This document shows positions 36,116 to 49,345 of a stretch of DNA of 64,000 nucleotides, piece after piece (position 1 is the stretch's first letter; every line of letters begins with the position of its first letter). Both the position numbers and the translations under genes were made by a program. Source of the DNA: Selaginella moellendorffii (Eukaryota; Plantae; Lycopodiophyta); the NCBI RefSeq assembly GCF_000143415.4, contig NW_003314434.1:1-64000 (forward strand), read 5' to 3'. The notes beneath the pieces were generated by a model, which was not told where the DNA came from, ran no database searches, and saw nothing but the letters and a program-made list of their open reading frames with translations.

Positions 36116-39100
36116 CTACCTCAGTTGGAAGTTGAGGTACTTGATACAGTAGGCGAACATGAAGGCGAAGAAGACCGAGAAGCCGACCAAGACACCCCCG
36201 ACGGCACCCAAAAAGTCGTGGTCGTAACCAAAGTAGCTCTCCACAAACGCCTTGACGGTCGTGCGTCGGCCATCGGGTGTGGTGAGAGGCGTGAGATCGT
36301 CTCCATATTGGGACGCGATCAGGCCATACACTGTCCACGCAACCGGACAGATCCAATAGTACCAGATCCACCACTTTGGAATTCTCTGCAATGGAATGGA
36401 ACGTTGTGAGGAAACAAACGAAAGCAAAAGAATGGATGCAGCTTACCGGCTTGGGAATCATAAAGCCCGAGAAGAGATTGAAGAGCGAGTAGAAGGAAGA
36501 GGCCATGATGGCAGCGACCTGGTGGTTTGGGGTGATCGACACGGCCATCATGCCGTAGTACGTGAAGTACATGAAAGTGAAGAACATGACGAAGAAGTAC
36601 CACATGAACTTGGCAGCGCTCCACTCGAAGTTGATCATCGAGTACGTGATGCCGGCGTAGAAGATCGTTTGCAGGAAAATGTATGGTATCTCGATAAGAA
36701 CCTGATCAAGAGTTTAGTGTGAATGAATGAAACATAGTGTGGAGTGCAGAAACTTACTTGAGCTAGAGCATAAGGAAGGGCCGAGTACATTCCAGCAGCA
36801 CGCTCCCTGTAAAACACAGTTCTCTCGGTGGCGACAACTGGCTGGACTGTGGAGCAATTGTTGACCCCCAAAAACATGGTAGCACCATACATTGCACCAG
36901 CCACGTTAAAGAGATCTTGTTGTCTACTCCTGTAGAGTTTCCAAAACGGCGTTAACATGAGGAAATGAGTAGAGATGTTCTACCTCTTTGGTCCAACGTT
37001 CCAAAAGATCGATCCAAACAAGAGCGCTGACATGATTGTGAACAAGAACCGGACGCAGTTGTAATCGGGACTCCTCCAGTATGTCCAGTTTTGCTTCCAC
37101 AAGCACGACTTGAGCTGACCGTAAAAGGATTGAGAGTACTGCGTTGAGAAGTGGAGGTCTCGCCTGTCAGGAGCTGGGACGCTCAGCTCCTTCACAAGAG
37201 CCTTGTTCCGTCTGTAAGAAAAAGAAGATCATGCCAAGGTAAGAGAGAAACTAGAAAACTCACTGGTAGAGTGACGAGTTCAAGTAGATGTTTGCAAAGT
37301 CCACGTTCATTTTCTGTTCCACGCTCGTTGAGCTCACCTCAAGCATCCATGTTGCGGGGTTATAGCCGTCTTTAATCTTCTGGACTCCCGGAATCGCTTC
37401 GAAGTAGTCGATCAGCTTTTGGGAATTCCTGCCTAGCGGCCCAGCGTAGACAACCTGCCCTCCTCTCTTCAACAAGAGAAGCTCGTCGAAGGCCTCGAAG
37501 ATGTCAATGCTCGGCTGGTGGATGGTACATACGACGGTTCTTCCAGTGTCGACTGTGTTCCTCACCGTTCTCATCACGATTGCGGCAGCTCTTGCGTCCA
37601 ACCCGGACGTTGGCTCGTCCATAAAGATGATGGAAGGATTTGCTACGAGCTCCACGGCTATTGTAAGACGCTTGCGTTGCTCAGTGGATAGTCCAGTCAC
37701 TCCAGGAAGGCCAACGATTGCGTCCCCGAGGCTCTCTAATTCCACCAGCTCCATAACTTCGTCGACGAATTGCTGCAACGAAAACATATCAAGACAGATT
37801 CGGCGTAAAGCAGTCTTTTACCATCTTGCTGTCGGCGTCAACGTCTTTAGATAGTCGCAGCCACGCCGAAAATATCAGAGACTCCCGAATGGTCACTTGT
37901 GGCGAGTGAATGTCGTTTTGTTCACAGTAGCCTGAAATCCTCGCGAAAGTTTCTTGCTTTTTGGGATAGCCAGAAATTTTGATATCGCCTTCGATGTAGC
38001 CGCCAGTCTTCCTTCCCGCCAGGACGTCCATCAGTGTTGTTTTTCCAGCACCACTGACACCCATGAGTGAAGTGAGCACCCCGGGGCGGAAAGCTCCAGT
38101 CACATTGTTTAACAGCTGAAGCCGGGGCTCCGTAACTCCCTGCTCCTTCATTTCCTGATGTCAGAAGAAACATGTCAGAGAACAATATACCAGAAACCAA
38201 ATGAACACGTACCGCTGGCATGTCAACAAAGTAGCTTATATCATTGAACGAAATTGACAAAGGTGTGAAAGGTAGAATCATTCCCCGCTTTGGAGCAAGT
38301 CCCTCTACGGTTGCCAGATTCATGTCTTCTCTCCCCATTGAGATTCTCTGCATTTGAACACCTGAAGGAAAGAAAAACCATTAAACCATCAAGTTGGAAG
38401 CTCGCAGACAGCAAGTATACAAACCGCCCAAGTTGTTCGCGTCAGTAGAAGATAGTGAGCGCGGGAGGGATCTCCTGTTTGAACGTTCTTGGGATTTCGC
38501 GTACGGATCATATTCAGTACCTTGCTGGCTGGCTTGGATCTCTGCCATAGATTCCTCGGAGATAACAGCCTGAGGCTTTCCGAGAGCTGTTCATAAAGAC
38601 GGTTCTGTTAGCTCCAGTTTGCTTCAAATAATGTGGTATACTGACGTTTCAAGAATGTCAAAGCCAGTGTATAGATAACGTTGAAAAGTGTAACAAAACC
38701 AACTAAAGCTGCGACACCAATCCAGAACCAATAGCCTCTATACTGAAACGATCTGTCTCGAAGAGCTTTAACACCCAGCGTGAGCGTTGAGTTCACCACG
38801 GGCTGTACAAGAAAAAAAAAAAAACGTTGGGTTTCCTATAATCTCAAATAACGTTGCGCACCTGTCGCCAGCGAGGCGCTAGCAGCTCGTTGATACTGAT
38901 TGCACTGTCTGCATATGTTAGAGGAGAAATCCAGTAACCCCATATCCACCACGACGGAATTCTATCTGAAATTTTGTAAGAGAAGCTCCTTGAGGTTAGC
39001 AGGAGTTTGTAGCAGCCAAGTACCTTTTGATATAATGAATCCTCCAAGCACGAACACGACAAGTAGCGAAAAGGCTCCTCCGGTGTTCGAGATGATCATA

Positions 39101-41852
39101 GTCCGGCACAAACCCGCAATGCAGCGGAAAAGTGACGATGCCATTTGATGCACAAGCAGGAGCACTAGAAAGTGCTTGAAAAATCTACAAGATAAAAACT
39201 TCATTCACCTGCATGAGAAAAGCTTGTAGAAGACTTACCGTCCGGCCTCGGGTGCGAGCCCCTCGACATAATAAGTCATGGCAGTCCATATAAAGGACTC
39301 AATCATTGCAAATGGAAGGCTCAGGGCGTAAGTTGGTAGCGTGTAAGCCCATGCCGGATGAAAGAGCAAGTCTCGCTGTTTGAAAAACACGGGAAGGCGA
39401 GTGATAGTGATTGAAACCTCAGAGAATCCGTTAAACATGATGGTGATGAGCGAGAAAAATAAGGCCCCCAGGTAAGCATTTGCGTCGTTGAGATTTCTTT
39501 GATGCATTCTCGTTCGCAAGAAAACGGTCATGGCAACGAAAGCCATAATAACAATCTATAACAAAGCATAAGAACAGATTACAAAAACGAAACCAAAGGG
39601 AATTCATACCTGCACGGATTTAAAGACGTAGACGAAAGAATTTCGCTTCACCAGCAACCACTCTTTAGCAAATCCTGCTTTGAAAAGTTCCAGGTTGCTC
39701 ACAGAGTATCTTTTGAAGACTAGAGCTGCTTTGTGGCTGCTGGACTTGTGGTATGGATGCTTGAGTTCCGCGGTCAGCTGCTGTCCAACGTGAAATTGTT
39801 TGAATCTTTCAGTGAATTCTTTGACGGAAATGTATTTGTATGGTCGACGACTATCAGCCCAGTATTGCTGCTGGTCTTTGCGAGAAGTTACCTGATCAAA
39901 CGGCACAGCAAAAACCTCACGGAATAAGTCAAAGCCAGCATAAAGATCAAATTTCGCACTCACCTCCTGCAGAAAGTCCGCAATGCCTTTCCGATCGGGA
40001 CACCTGAACCCACAGCTCTCGAAAAACTCCATTACGTACTTCCTCGGGCCCTGATACACAATCTGACCCTCTGAAAGAAGAATGATGTCGTCGAAGAGAT
40101 TGAAAGTTTCGGGCGCTGGTTGGAGGAGTGACATGAACACGGTCCCTTCGATAACGTGAGCAAATTGCTGGAGGCATTTCACGATCTGGAAGGTGGTGGA
40201 GCTGTCAAGACCTGTTGAGATCTCGTCCATGAACAAAGTCTTCGTAGGCCCAACTATCATTTCTCCTGGCAAAGGTAAAGATAAACAAATTATAAACAAA
40301 TTCTAGAGCGGCTTTTTTCTTTATCGCATACCTGTGGTGACTCGCTTTTTCTGCCCTCCGGAAATTCCACGTCTCATGTCGTCTCCCACCATCGTGTCCG
40401 CACAGACATCAAGGCCAAGAATCTGCAAATATGAAAAAGAGCGATTAGCTCATCCAAAGATAACGAATTTTCTTGTCCAGAAAGCGAACCTTCAAAGTGT
40501 AGTCAGTGATAATGGCATTCTGGACACCTTCAGTGGCTGTGGCCTACAGCAAAAAGATAAGAAGAAAAGTCCGCTTCAGCAAAAAAAAAAAAAAAAAAAA
40601 ACCAGTGAAGGAAACGGCGTTCCGACTTCACCTTCATGTAGAGATCAATGTGGGCATCGGGAAGAATCTCCGCTTCCTTTTCTCGTCTCGCAAGCTCCGC
40701 TAATAACTCTAGGAGCGCAGAACAAGCTCTAGGATTAGACACATTCCTAAAAGGCACCAAAAGTTTTAGCTCACCATATCGAGTACCGACTCCTTGACAT
40801 CTTGCTGAGAACTCCAGTGTCTCGCGAACAGTCATCTCACCGACGTGTAGATCGTGCTGGCTGATATAAGCCGACGTCTTTTGCGGAACGAACTCGTCAA
40901 GCTCGTAGCCATTGTATGTGACTTGTCCCCTCGTCTGCACGAGAGCATCAGAAAAGAAGCCAAGAGCCCTAGGAGGAAATGTCATCTACCTTGAGAGTTG
41001 GGTCCAATTTTCCAGCCAATGCAAGTAGCAATGTCGTTTTTCCTGAGCTCGGAGGACCAAGCAAGAGCGTCATCCTGCCAGCGCCAACGAGAGAATGTTT
41101 CAGTCCCTGTTTTCTCTGCTTTTGGAATCGTACCTTCCAGGCTTGATGATTCCACTCACATCCTTGAGGATTGTAAGAGTGGTGCTTTTTCCAGTAGAGA
41201 TTCCCACGACGCCGAGGAGCATCTGGGCAATCAACGAATCCTCCATGAATCAAAACTCAAGTGACAAAACTATGAATCTTTGGTACCTCTGCCGTGTTCC
41301 TGACAGCGTTCCAGAGTGTGGGCAGCGCTCTTCCTCCCACCATGCATTCCGCATTGATCGTCACATTCTCGAAGCGCACCTCGGTGGTGGGCAGCTCGAT
41401 CCCGACTCTGCCATCCAAGAAGATCGTCTTGAGCAATCAAGCACAAGAGTGAGTAGCAGGATGGGCTCTAACCTGTCGATTCGATTCCGGAGCTTCTTGA
41501 GGAACTTCTCATTGTCTTCCTCGGTGGCCTGGATGAGATTGTCCATGAGGATCTGCCGCTCCAGCGGCCCCAAATTCCGCACATCGATCTCCTGGTGGAC
41601 AACCCGGCTGCCCTGGAGGTTCTTGAGGATCGTGGTGCGCAGCCGATCATACGTGGGCAGCTTCTCCAGCGCGGCCCACCGGAGAGCCTCCTCATCGTCG
41701 TTCGCCGCGGGAACCGTCCGCGAGGTGGAAGATCGGCTGAAGACGCTCTCGGGACCGATCCCCCAGTTGCGGACGCTGCTACTGCGCAGGCTGCCGCGCC
41801 GGCTGTTGTTCCCCCACGCATCGATGTGCTCAAACTTACCAGAGTGCGCCAT
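36116..41852 (-). CDS. PDR: Full-size ABCG / pleiotropic drug resistance transporter (multi-exon)
   Basis: [69 protein letters not shown], and C-terminal LNFQLR. Confidence 0.95.
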
Positions 41853-42988
41853 GGTATCTCAAGAACGGTGATTTCCGGCGCTCAAATCCCTGTCATTCTC
41901 GCGTGAAATCTGTGGCGCCCCGGGGGAAATGCGCTCGTTCTTGAAGAACGAACGGCGATCCAAATACCTCGCGATTTCGCGAAATATTTCCCACCTGATC
42001 AGGCTCCAAGAATCCAAGTGCTGTGGCGCAAGATCTCTCCTGCTCGCCCGCCGCGCCTGGCCGCGATCGATCGATCAGGGAGGAGATGCCGCTCAACGAA
42101 GGAGGGAGGGAGGAGGAGAGGATAAGAGATGCCCGCCGCTCTCTCTTGAGCGCGTCTCTAGGGAAGACACGGCCTGCCCGCTTGCAAGCCTTTTTTAAAT
42201 TTACAAGCCGAGCCCCGGTCAACCACACGTGTTCCAAACACGTCACTCACATCATGCCGCGTGGCAGTGCCATGCAGGACATTGCGGTGATCTGGACAGT
42301 GACGTGGAGTCCAGGGAATTCCACTAGAAAAACGATTCTTATCAAACTAAAACAACAATGGCTGCGCACTCACAGTTCTCACCAACTCCGGAGTATATTC
42401 CATGCTGCAGGCTGTTGACTGTCTTTGACATCTAGTCAATTTAACTGTTGACTTACTGTAGCGTGGCTGGCCGATACAATCCAAGCCCGACTCGAACAAA
42501 CAGTCCACCATAATTGACCTGGCGCTGTCGCTTGGTCAATGGTCAATCCTCTCAGGCGTAAATGCCAAAATATATTCTCCTCCCAAAATATATTCTCCCG
42601 ACAATATGGAACATTCTATGTACGTACGTACGAACGACCAAAGACAAGGATGTCTCAACGCAAGGAACGTTGTCTTCGTCTAAATAAATCACTTGGATGC
42701 TGAATCTCCTTTTGCAAAACGTCGTTACCACATACTCAATGCTTTTGACGATAAGAATCCCTGTCACGTAGCGCTGCTGTTCCCACTTACACGAAAAAGG
42801 AAGGGTAGGCAGCGAAGATCCACCGCCGTTTTTTTGACTCGGCGTCCCTCTTTATTCTCTTGCCCTGGCGGCCGACCACTTCGTGTTTCCACTACTCTTC
42901 TGCGTTTTGATCGTGTCCACGTTATGTCTTTCAGTTTTCTCGGTCTCGTCGAAGTTTGAGGTGTAAACGTTATTTATGTCGTGACTGA

Positions 42989-45358
42989 CTAGCCAGCCTT
43001 TGGCATCCTTTGCGACGTAAACTTCCTCTCAGAGGCCTGTAGCAAAAAGCACGTTTCATCTCACATCAAACTTGACTTTTGACTTGCCTCGAGGTAGCTA
43101 TCCTGATTCCTGTCGAACATGCGGAATAAAAAATCGATCTCCCTCTGTGCATGCCAGCGAAGAATTATGTAAGCCCAAACGTTCCCAAGGATATGATAAT
43201 TCCCAAACCTGTCGCATGAAACGCGAGGAAGGATGGCTCCGGAGAATTTGATGGAATTGCTCTTTGGAAATGTTGCGGCCTCCAGCTAAAAGAACAAAGT
43301 CCCACTGTTACTAGTGTGTGCTAATTAGCGCAGAAGTTGATACCTTTTAGCTCAATGTCCCTGAAAATCTCTTCAATGTCATCGATATGCTGAAGTAGAT
43401 CAAGGAGTGCCGCATGTTCCTGTCACCATCGATTTGAGCTTCGTTATTTTACCAAGAGTTAAGTATAACCTGTGCACGGCGTCTGTCCACAAAACGGGGC
43501 CAAACTCGGAATCCAACTATCAGCGCTACGCCAAGGATTGTTGCTGTACACAGGGTTGTTCCTGCTATCAGCCGGAACATATTGGGATCGTTCTCCCAGC
43601 CACTGGAATAGAATAGAGAGAATTAAAACTTTGCATTCCGAAAGAGAAGACTTATATGCTGCGTACTTGGTGACGTTCATGCCAAAAAAGCTGCCAGGTA
43701 AAGTTGCCCTGCAAAACCAGTACCATGTATCAACGACCAGGAGCTTGTAAAGAAAAAAATAATCCCATAATCTTACAGACTGAATGACAGTGTGGCAAAA
43801 CTAATGTATAGGTTGGTAGTGATAATACGGTTTCGTGTAGCATCCAGGCCTAGCTCCCAAACCTGCCATAGCGACAAAGACAAAACTTAAAGACGGAGAA
43901 AACCCAGTCAAAGACCTCTTGAGCCGCATCCATTTCCTTCCTCAACTCTTCCAGAACAGCGCCAGCGTCGTCAATCTAGCCTCAAAAACAGTACTTAGGT
44001 ATGAATGTATAATCTACCACAGACTCACCTCTCTCAAGTATGTAAATAGCATGTCTGCAGCTAGTTGGCGAACCTTGGCCTTTGCTTTCTCAGAGTCAAC
44101 ATCTACACAACTGCCGGAAACGAAAAAATCAAGAAAGAACCATCTACGAAAAAGAAGACATAAATGACCTTGCAGGGACTTCCAGGCAGAATGACCGAAG
44201 CATTTCCTCACTGTTCAAAACCTGGAAAATTTCCAAAAACGCGCATAATAACGTTTCTAGGACTTTTCAAAGAAGAGAATAACCTGGTCCATAACTTCGT
44301 GCGTATCCCTGATGTCATGTTCCACTTCTGTCAGCGATCGTTTCAGTGGCAGCAGTCTCTGCAACCTGTATACAAACGCATTAAAACGAGAAAATGAAAG
44401 AAAATAACATAATGTCGCGGCTGTACATACCGACCAGTACTAACGCCAAGGGTTAAATCCTCGAGTGCCCGTTCCGCAACCACTGTCAATCTTGTAAAAG
44501 TGGTCAAGTAGAAAGCTGCGCGCCTGGCCTTTACCTTTCAACTTTCTGGTTGAAAAAGTTGCTAGTTTCTTCAAACAGGCATTCCATCATCCGGAGGTGG
44601 AAAGGCATTTGGTCCATATGAGAGTTTGGCGTATCCCTCGCATACCTAGCCAGTGAAGTTGCAAAAGCATCCCTAGCTGCTCTGAGAACGTTTGCATTAG
44701 CAAAAACAGTGTGAAAATCTCAAAAAAAAAAAACTGTCCCTAACTTGTGTGTCACGTCTGTTTCCACTTTCTTAGTTGGAACGACAGCTTCTCGCGGCTG
44801 GCGTCTACAAAACAAAACAAAAGTATGTAAACACAGAACAAACATCAACCGAATATGAAGGAAAAAAAGGATACAAAACCTCCTGTGTGCATCAAAAAGC
44901 AGACAAAAATCTCTGGAAACAAGGGCTCTGACGTTTTCCATCCTCACCAACACCTACACAAAGTTTTATATCACAAAAGAAAAACAAACACTCATAGCTT
45001 TACCTTGTCATACCGCAATGCGAGCGTCGCTCGACTTGGAATGAAAGAATTCCCAGTGATCACATCCATATCTCTCGGATGGATCCCCTAAAGCAGCAAC
45101 ATTTTTAATTCTCTCCATTGAAAAAACTATATCTAAACTCACCAATTCAACCAAGCTGAGGGATAACGTCTCCCAAACCCCATTCTTGTCGATCTTGATG
45201 ACGCTGTACCTCTTGCCGCCGTCATCGCTATTGAATCGACTGCCGGCAGCTCCATTGATCCAACGACACGAGAGCGCGAGAAAACCGGCTCCAGATCCGA
45301 TCGATCCAGCTCTCTTCCTCACGCCAATGCCAATGATCCCGCTGCATACCTTAAACAT
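42989..45358 (-). CDS. MRS2: MRS2/CorA-family Mg2+ transporter with C-terminal EF-hand(s) (multi-exon)
   Basis: GIHPRD, VRMENVRALV, PFHLRMME, RLLPLKRSL, LDATRNRII, FFGMNV (GMN at 43683-43675) and two TM helices. The last exons give EIDFLFRMFDRNQDSYLE. Confidence 0.85.
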
Positions 45359-45621
45359 TAAAACCTAGCCCTAAAATCTCCCCACAAAGGCGCGGCAAAT
45401 ATCTTTACAAAAAAATCTTATACAAAGAACGATCTCCTTGATTCTTTTCGTGTGTGTATAGACAATTGTGATGACCGATCGAATGACCTGTGTCACGCAA
45501 AGAAAACCAAGAACATCAGAGTGATGAAGGAAAAATAGCCTTGTACCTGAGATGATTTTCATGCGTGGAGCCAAAACTTTCGCGCGAGTCGCAAAGAATG
45601 GAAAATCTGGAGAGCTGTTCT

Positions 45622-46608
45622 TTAGATCTTTCGTTGAGCGTTCCTCGTAGAGCTGTTCATCTCTCTGTGAAGCTGACGAGCAAAATCCTCGTCGATCTCT
45701 TCGGCCGTCTTGGCTTTCTCTGCTGGAGGAGGAGGAGGAAGAACTGGAGCTTCCATTCCTTCCTCTGGATCATCCGGACCCTCGCCCAAGCTCTTGGCGA
45801 TCAAAAGATCCTCTTTTGCCGCGAGCGCTGCGTTGTTGAGAGCGTTCCTAGCGAGCATGGCGGCCTTGACGGCAGCCGCGGCCTTGGCAGCGGCAGCAGC
45901 CTTGGCAGTGACGGCCGCCTTGAGAGCCTGCGCCGCCGCGTCTCGAGCAGCGGCAAGAACATCCTCGGGACTTCTTTCGAGCTCCTGTTCTTGGTGCCCC
46001 TGGATCATATCAATCGCCCGCGGCTTCTTTAGACTCGGCTGTTCTTCACCCCTCCTACACTCGCAGCAAACGAAAGTTGGCGGCTCCAGCGGCAGCGGTG
46101 CTGGATTCGCCTCCGTCTCACAGCGGGCGTGCACGGATCTTTGGCAGCGGCAGCAAGCGATCCAATCTTCTCCACTGCCGGCATTTTCTTGGAACACCAC
46201 CAAGCAGTGGGGGCATCCCATGTAGAGAAGCGTGCACGCTCTACACAAGAACTGATAAATCCCTCCATCTTTCACTCGCCGCCAGGCACCGCTGCCTTCC
46301 CTGTCTCCACACCTCACGCAAGCCTCGAGAGGATCCTTCTTCTCCATGGCTTCCAGAAGCGCGCCCTCCGAGAGAAAAACCACGAGACCATCCGGGCAAA
46401 TCCGGGAGCGCGAGAGAGGAGGAGGAGGAAGAATTCCAGTCGCAATTGGAGCGCTGCTGTTGCTAATCCCGTTGTTCTTGAGGCCGATGAGATGGCGCTT
46501 GCGCGGGGGCAGCGATGCCGGCGCATTCTTCGTACCTTCGATCTCCATGTCGGTGGCGAGGAGCGAGGCCGTGGGCAATGCGTCGTCGCCCTCGCTCCCC
46601 TCGTCCAT
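45622..46608 (-). CDS. Intronless PHD-like zinc-finger protein with Ala-rich helix, 328 aa
   Basis: CxxC pairs (CVRC, CRAC, CPHC, CCRC..H..C, CCEC) and C-terminal DEDFARQLHREMNSS. Confidence 0.8.
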   Translation of the reverse strand: MDEGSEGDDALPTASLLATDMEIEGTKNAPASLPPRKRHLIGLKNNGISNSSAPIATGILPPPPLSRSRICPDGLVVFLSEGALLEAMEKKDPLEACVRCGDREGSGAWRRVKDGGIYQFLCRACTLLYMGCPHCLVVFQENAGSGEDWIACCRCQRSVHARCETEANPAPLPLEPPTFVCCECRRGEEQPSLKKPRAIDMIQGHQEQELERSPEDVLAAARDAAAQALKAAVTAKAAAAAKAAAAVKAAMLARNALNNAALAAKEDLLIAKSLGEGPDDPEEGMEAPVLPPPPPAEKAKTAEEIDEDFARQLHREMNSSTRNAQRKI

Positions 46609-46661
46609 CGTTTCACTTCTTTATAAACCCTAAATTTCTTTTTATTTTAGGGCTGGAGGCA

Positions 46662-48072
46662 ATGGATCGAGAAGGCGATGGCGATGGCGGCAGCGCCAGC
46701 GCTAACGGCGCGGGGAAGAAGAAGCTGCTGATTCTCGACGTCAATGGCCTGCTCGTCGACACCTATTTCATGAAGGAGGATCGGCCTCCGCGATTGCACG
46801 ATGCCGTGGTGGGGCGATTTCTTGGTGAGCCTTCAAACCCTTGGTTGTTTCTTGTGTGACAATGCGCTCCCAGTGTATAGGAGGCCCCATTGCGAGGAGT
46901 TTCTCCAATTTTGCTTGCGGCATTTTCACGTCGCTGTTTGGTCCTCTGCCAAAGAGTAAGCTCTAAACTTAACACACCATTCTTTCTTAGTTCTAAGAAT
47001 TTCTTTTTAGGCACAATGTAATGGGAATGGTAAACTTGATACTAGGGGAATCCCAAAAATTGCTTGCGTTCATCTGGGTATGGTTCGCTTCGTCGGGAAG
47101 TTCACGATCATTTAGTCTTTTTCGCTCTCTTTTTCTTGTAACAGAGCCAGAAATGGTGCACTGATACTGGAGTGAAGTGTCTCGACAACAAGTTCAAGCC
47201 CCTCTTCCTCAAGGAGCTGAAAAAAGTGTGGGAGAGTTCTAAGCCGGACGTTCCCTGGGACAAAGGCGAGTATGGACCCTGGAACACGCTTCTCATCGAT
47301 GACAGTCCACACAAAGTACTGCGAAACCCCGTAAGTTTCTCTTCCTTTTCATACTTTCATGCAGTAATGGATTGTGGCCATCCAGGACCATACAGCGGTG
47401 CTGGCTCTTCCATACTCGGCTATGGAAACCACCACCTCCGCAGACGATTTTCTACCCGCACTACAGGGATACTTGACGAAGCTGATTGATGTCCCAGATG
47501 TTCGAGACTTCGTGCGAAGCAACCCGATAGGACAGCCCTTGATCACGGAGGATAGCTGCGATTGGGAGTTCTACTCGAAGCTCAAGCTCTCTGTGAAGTC
47601 GAGCAAAGGCGAGAGGTGGCTACATATAGAATCCGGATCAAGCTCGAGAGGGAAGGGCATAGTCGAAAGCACAGATCCTGAAATGGATACAAGGCAGCCA
47701 TCGAGTTCGAGGAGACATGGAACCATAAAGCGCTATGACCAGCCGACGGGTTATTTGAAAAGGTATGGGACGAACACTGAAGAAACCAAGATGGATCACT
47801 TGACAAGGTATGAGACGAGAAAGTACGACACTGATGAATCGAGAAAGTACCAGGACTATGAGACGGATCATCATCAGCAGCACTCAAGAAAACGCAAGAG
47901 GAGCTTTCAGCAGCGTGAGACGGGGAAGTATGAGACGAGAAAACACAAGCGGATCAAACGGAAACACTGTCGGGAGCCCGAGAGGGGACGTCGAGATGCA
48001 GACTACCAAAGTGACCGGAGGGAACGACATCACTCGAGTGAGCGTCATCGCTACAAACGGCGTAGGCATTGA
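46662..48072 (+). CDS. FCP1-homology (HAD) domain protein with basic/RS-like tail (multi-exon)
   Basis: KKKLLILDVNGLL, RPHCEEFL, VAVWSSA, KPLFLKELKKVW, TLLIDDSPHK..RNP. Confidence 0.85.
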
Positions 48073-48224
48073 AGCAGAGTAAACAAGTACAACGTTGGCT
48101 CCAGAGAAAAGCTTCGGAGCACGCAGTGCAAGGCTGCTTTTGTAAAACGAAACTGACCCGAGAAACTGATGAGGACTTGCTGTCTTATTACCAGCTTTGA
48201 TTTCTCGGTTCCTTCATCAAGCCT

Positions 48225-49050
48225 TCAAGCTTGCTTCCTTAGCTCCTCCAGGTCAAGCTCCACGGCAACAACAGGAGTATCTTTGTGCATCGCTTCGGAG
48301 CTATACAAGAAACTTGAGAGTGAGAACAAAGGAAAGAGACATGGAACAATCTTACCTGTTAAGAACGTGACCGTGATCAACAGCCGAGTGGCTGCAGTAG
48401 ATTGCTCGGCCGAAGATGTTCTTCATTGGCAATGGTCCGAAAGTTCTGCTATCGTAAGCTTCCTGATCACCATTGTAGAGTTCTCAGCTAGTAACAACAA
48501 AAAAGAGAGAGAGCTACCTTTGAACTCAAGGCCTCGTTATCAGAGACCACCCAGCACTGTCCTTCCTCGAGAGTGAAAGGCTCGTCCTTCTCATCGGTAG
48601 AAACAAGCTCATCGCCCTCCAGGGCCGCCACTCTACGCACAAGAGCTTGCGCGGTATCCTGAGGATCTTTAAAGACGACAACGTCACCGATGAAGATACA
48701 CCTTTGATCAAAATCCAGGAAGAATGAGTAAGAAAGTAGCAAGAAAATAGAGCTAGTCTTGCCTAGAAGATGGAAGAGGTACCGATCTCACGAGTAGAGT
48801 CTCTCCCTGGCTCTTGAAGGTGGGAGCCATTTGCTCGCCTTTGACATGGTGGAAGAATGTGAGCCTGCCCTGAAACAAGTTCTTCCAGATTCTATCGCCT
48901 AGTTGCTTCTCATTGATTTGTCCCTTGTCATAGCTCTGCGAGAAGATTCAGCCATTGCCAGGCGCGATCGGCGAGGATTTTCATGTTCCATACCTTGGCA
49001 GCAGTGGCGATCGAATGCGTAAGCTTCACAACAAAATATCGGATCCACAT
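48225..49050 (-). CDS. Peptidase S24/S26-like (mitochondrial inner-membrane peptidase-like) protein (multi-exon)
   Basis: KGEQMAPT, GDVVVFKDP, VRRVAALEG, EGQCWVVSDN, DSRTFGP, GRAIY. Confidence 0.85.
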
Positions 49051-49345
49051 CGCATGGAGGCGAGCGCGCGCCTTAAACCCCTCCCGCCATAGCCTCGTGC
49101 ACTGAAAAGAGATTTTGCCCTAGCCCTAAAGCGCAAATCTCACCGTTAAAATCAACCACCGAGATCGCTCCACGAAGCCAAAATTCCCGAAACACGTGTC
49201 ATGCCCAGGTGCCTTACAGTTCGTTGGGTTTTTTTCCATGCAAGAAGCCAGCAAATGCGAGCGCGGTGGTGTGAAGAACCCTAATCGCGCCCTCGCCTCG
49301 GCTTCTTCAATCTCTCCCCTCTCTCGGTCCATCGAGTGATTGATC

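Noticed and set aside
41095-41906. Long plus-strand ORFs antisense to PDR (similar cases opposite the PHD, OPT, PPR and GH27 genes)
   Set aside because: Shadow ORFs of GC-rich coding sequence.
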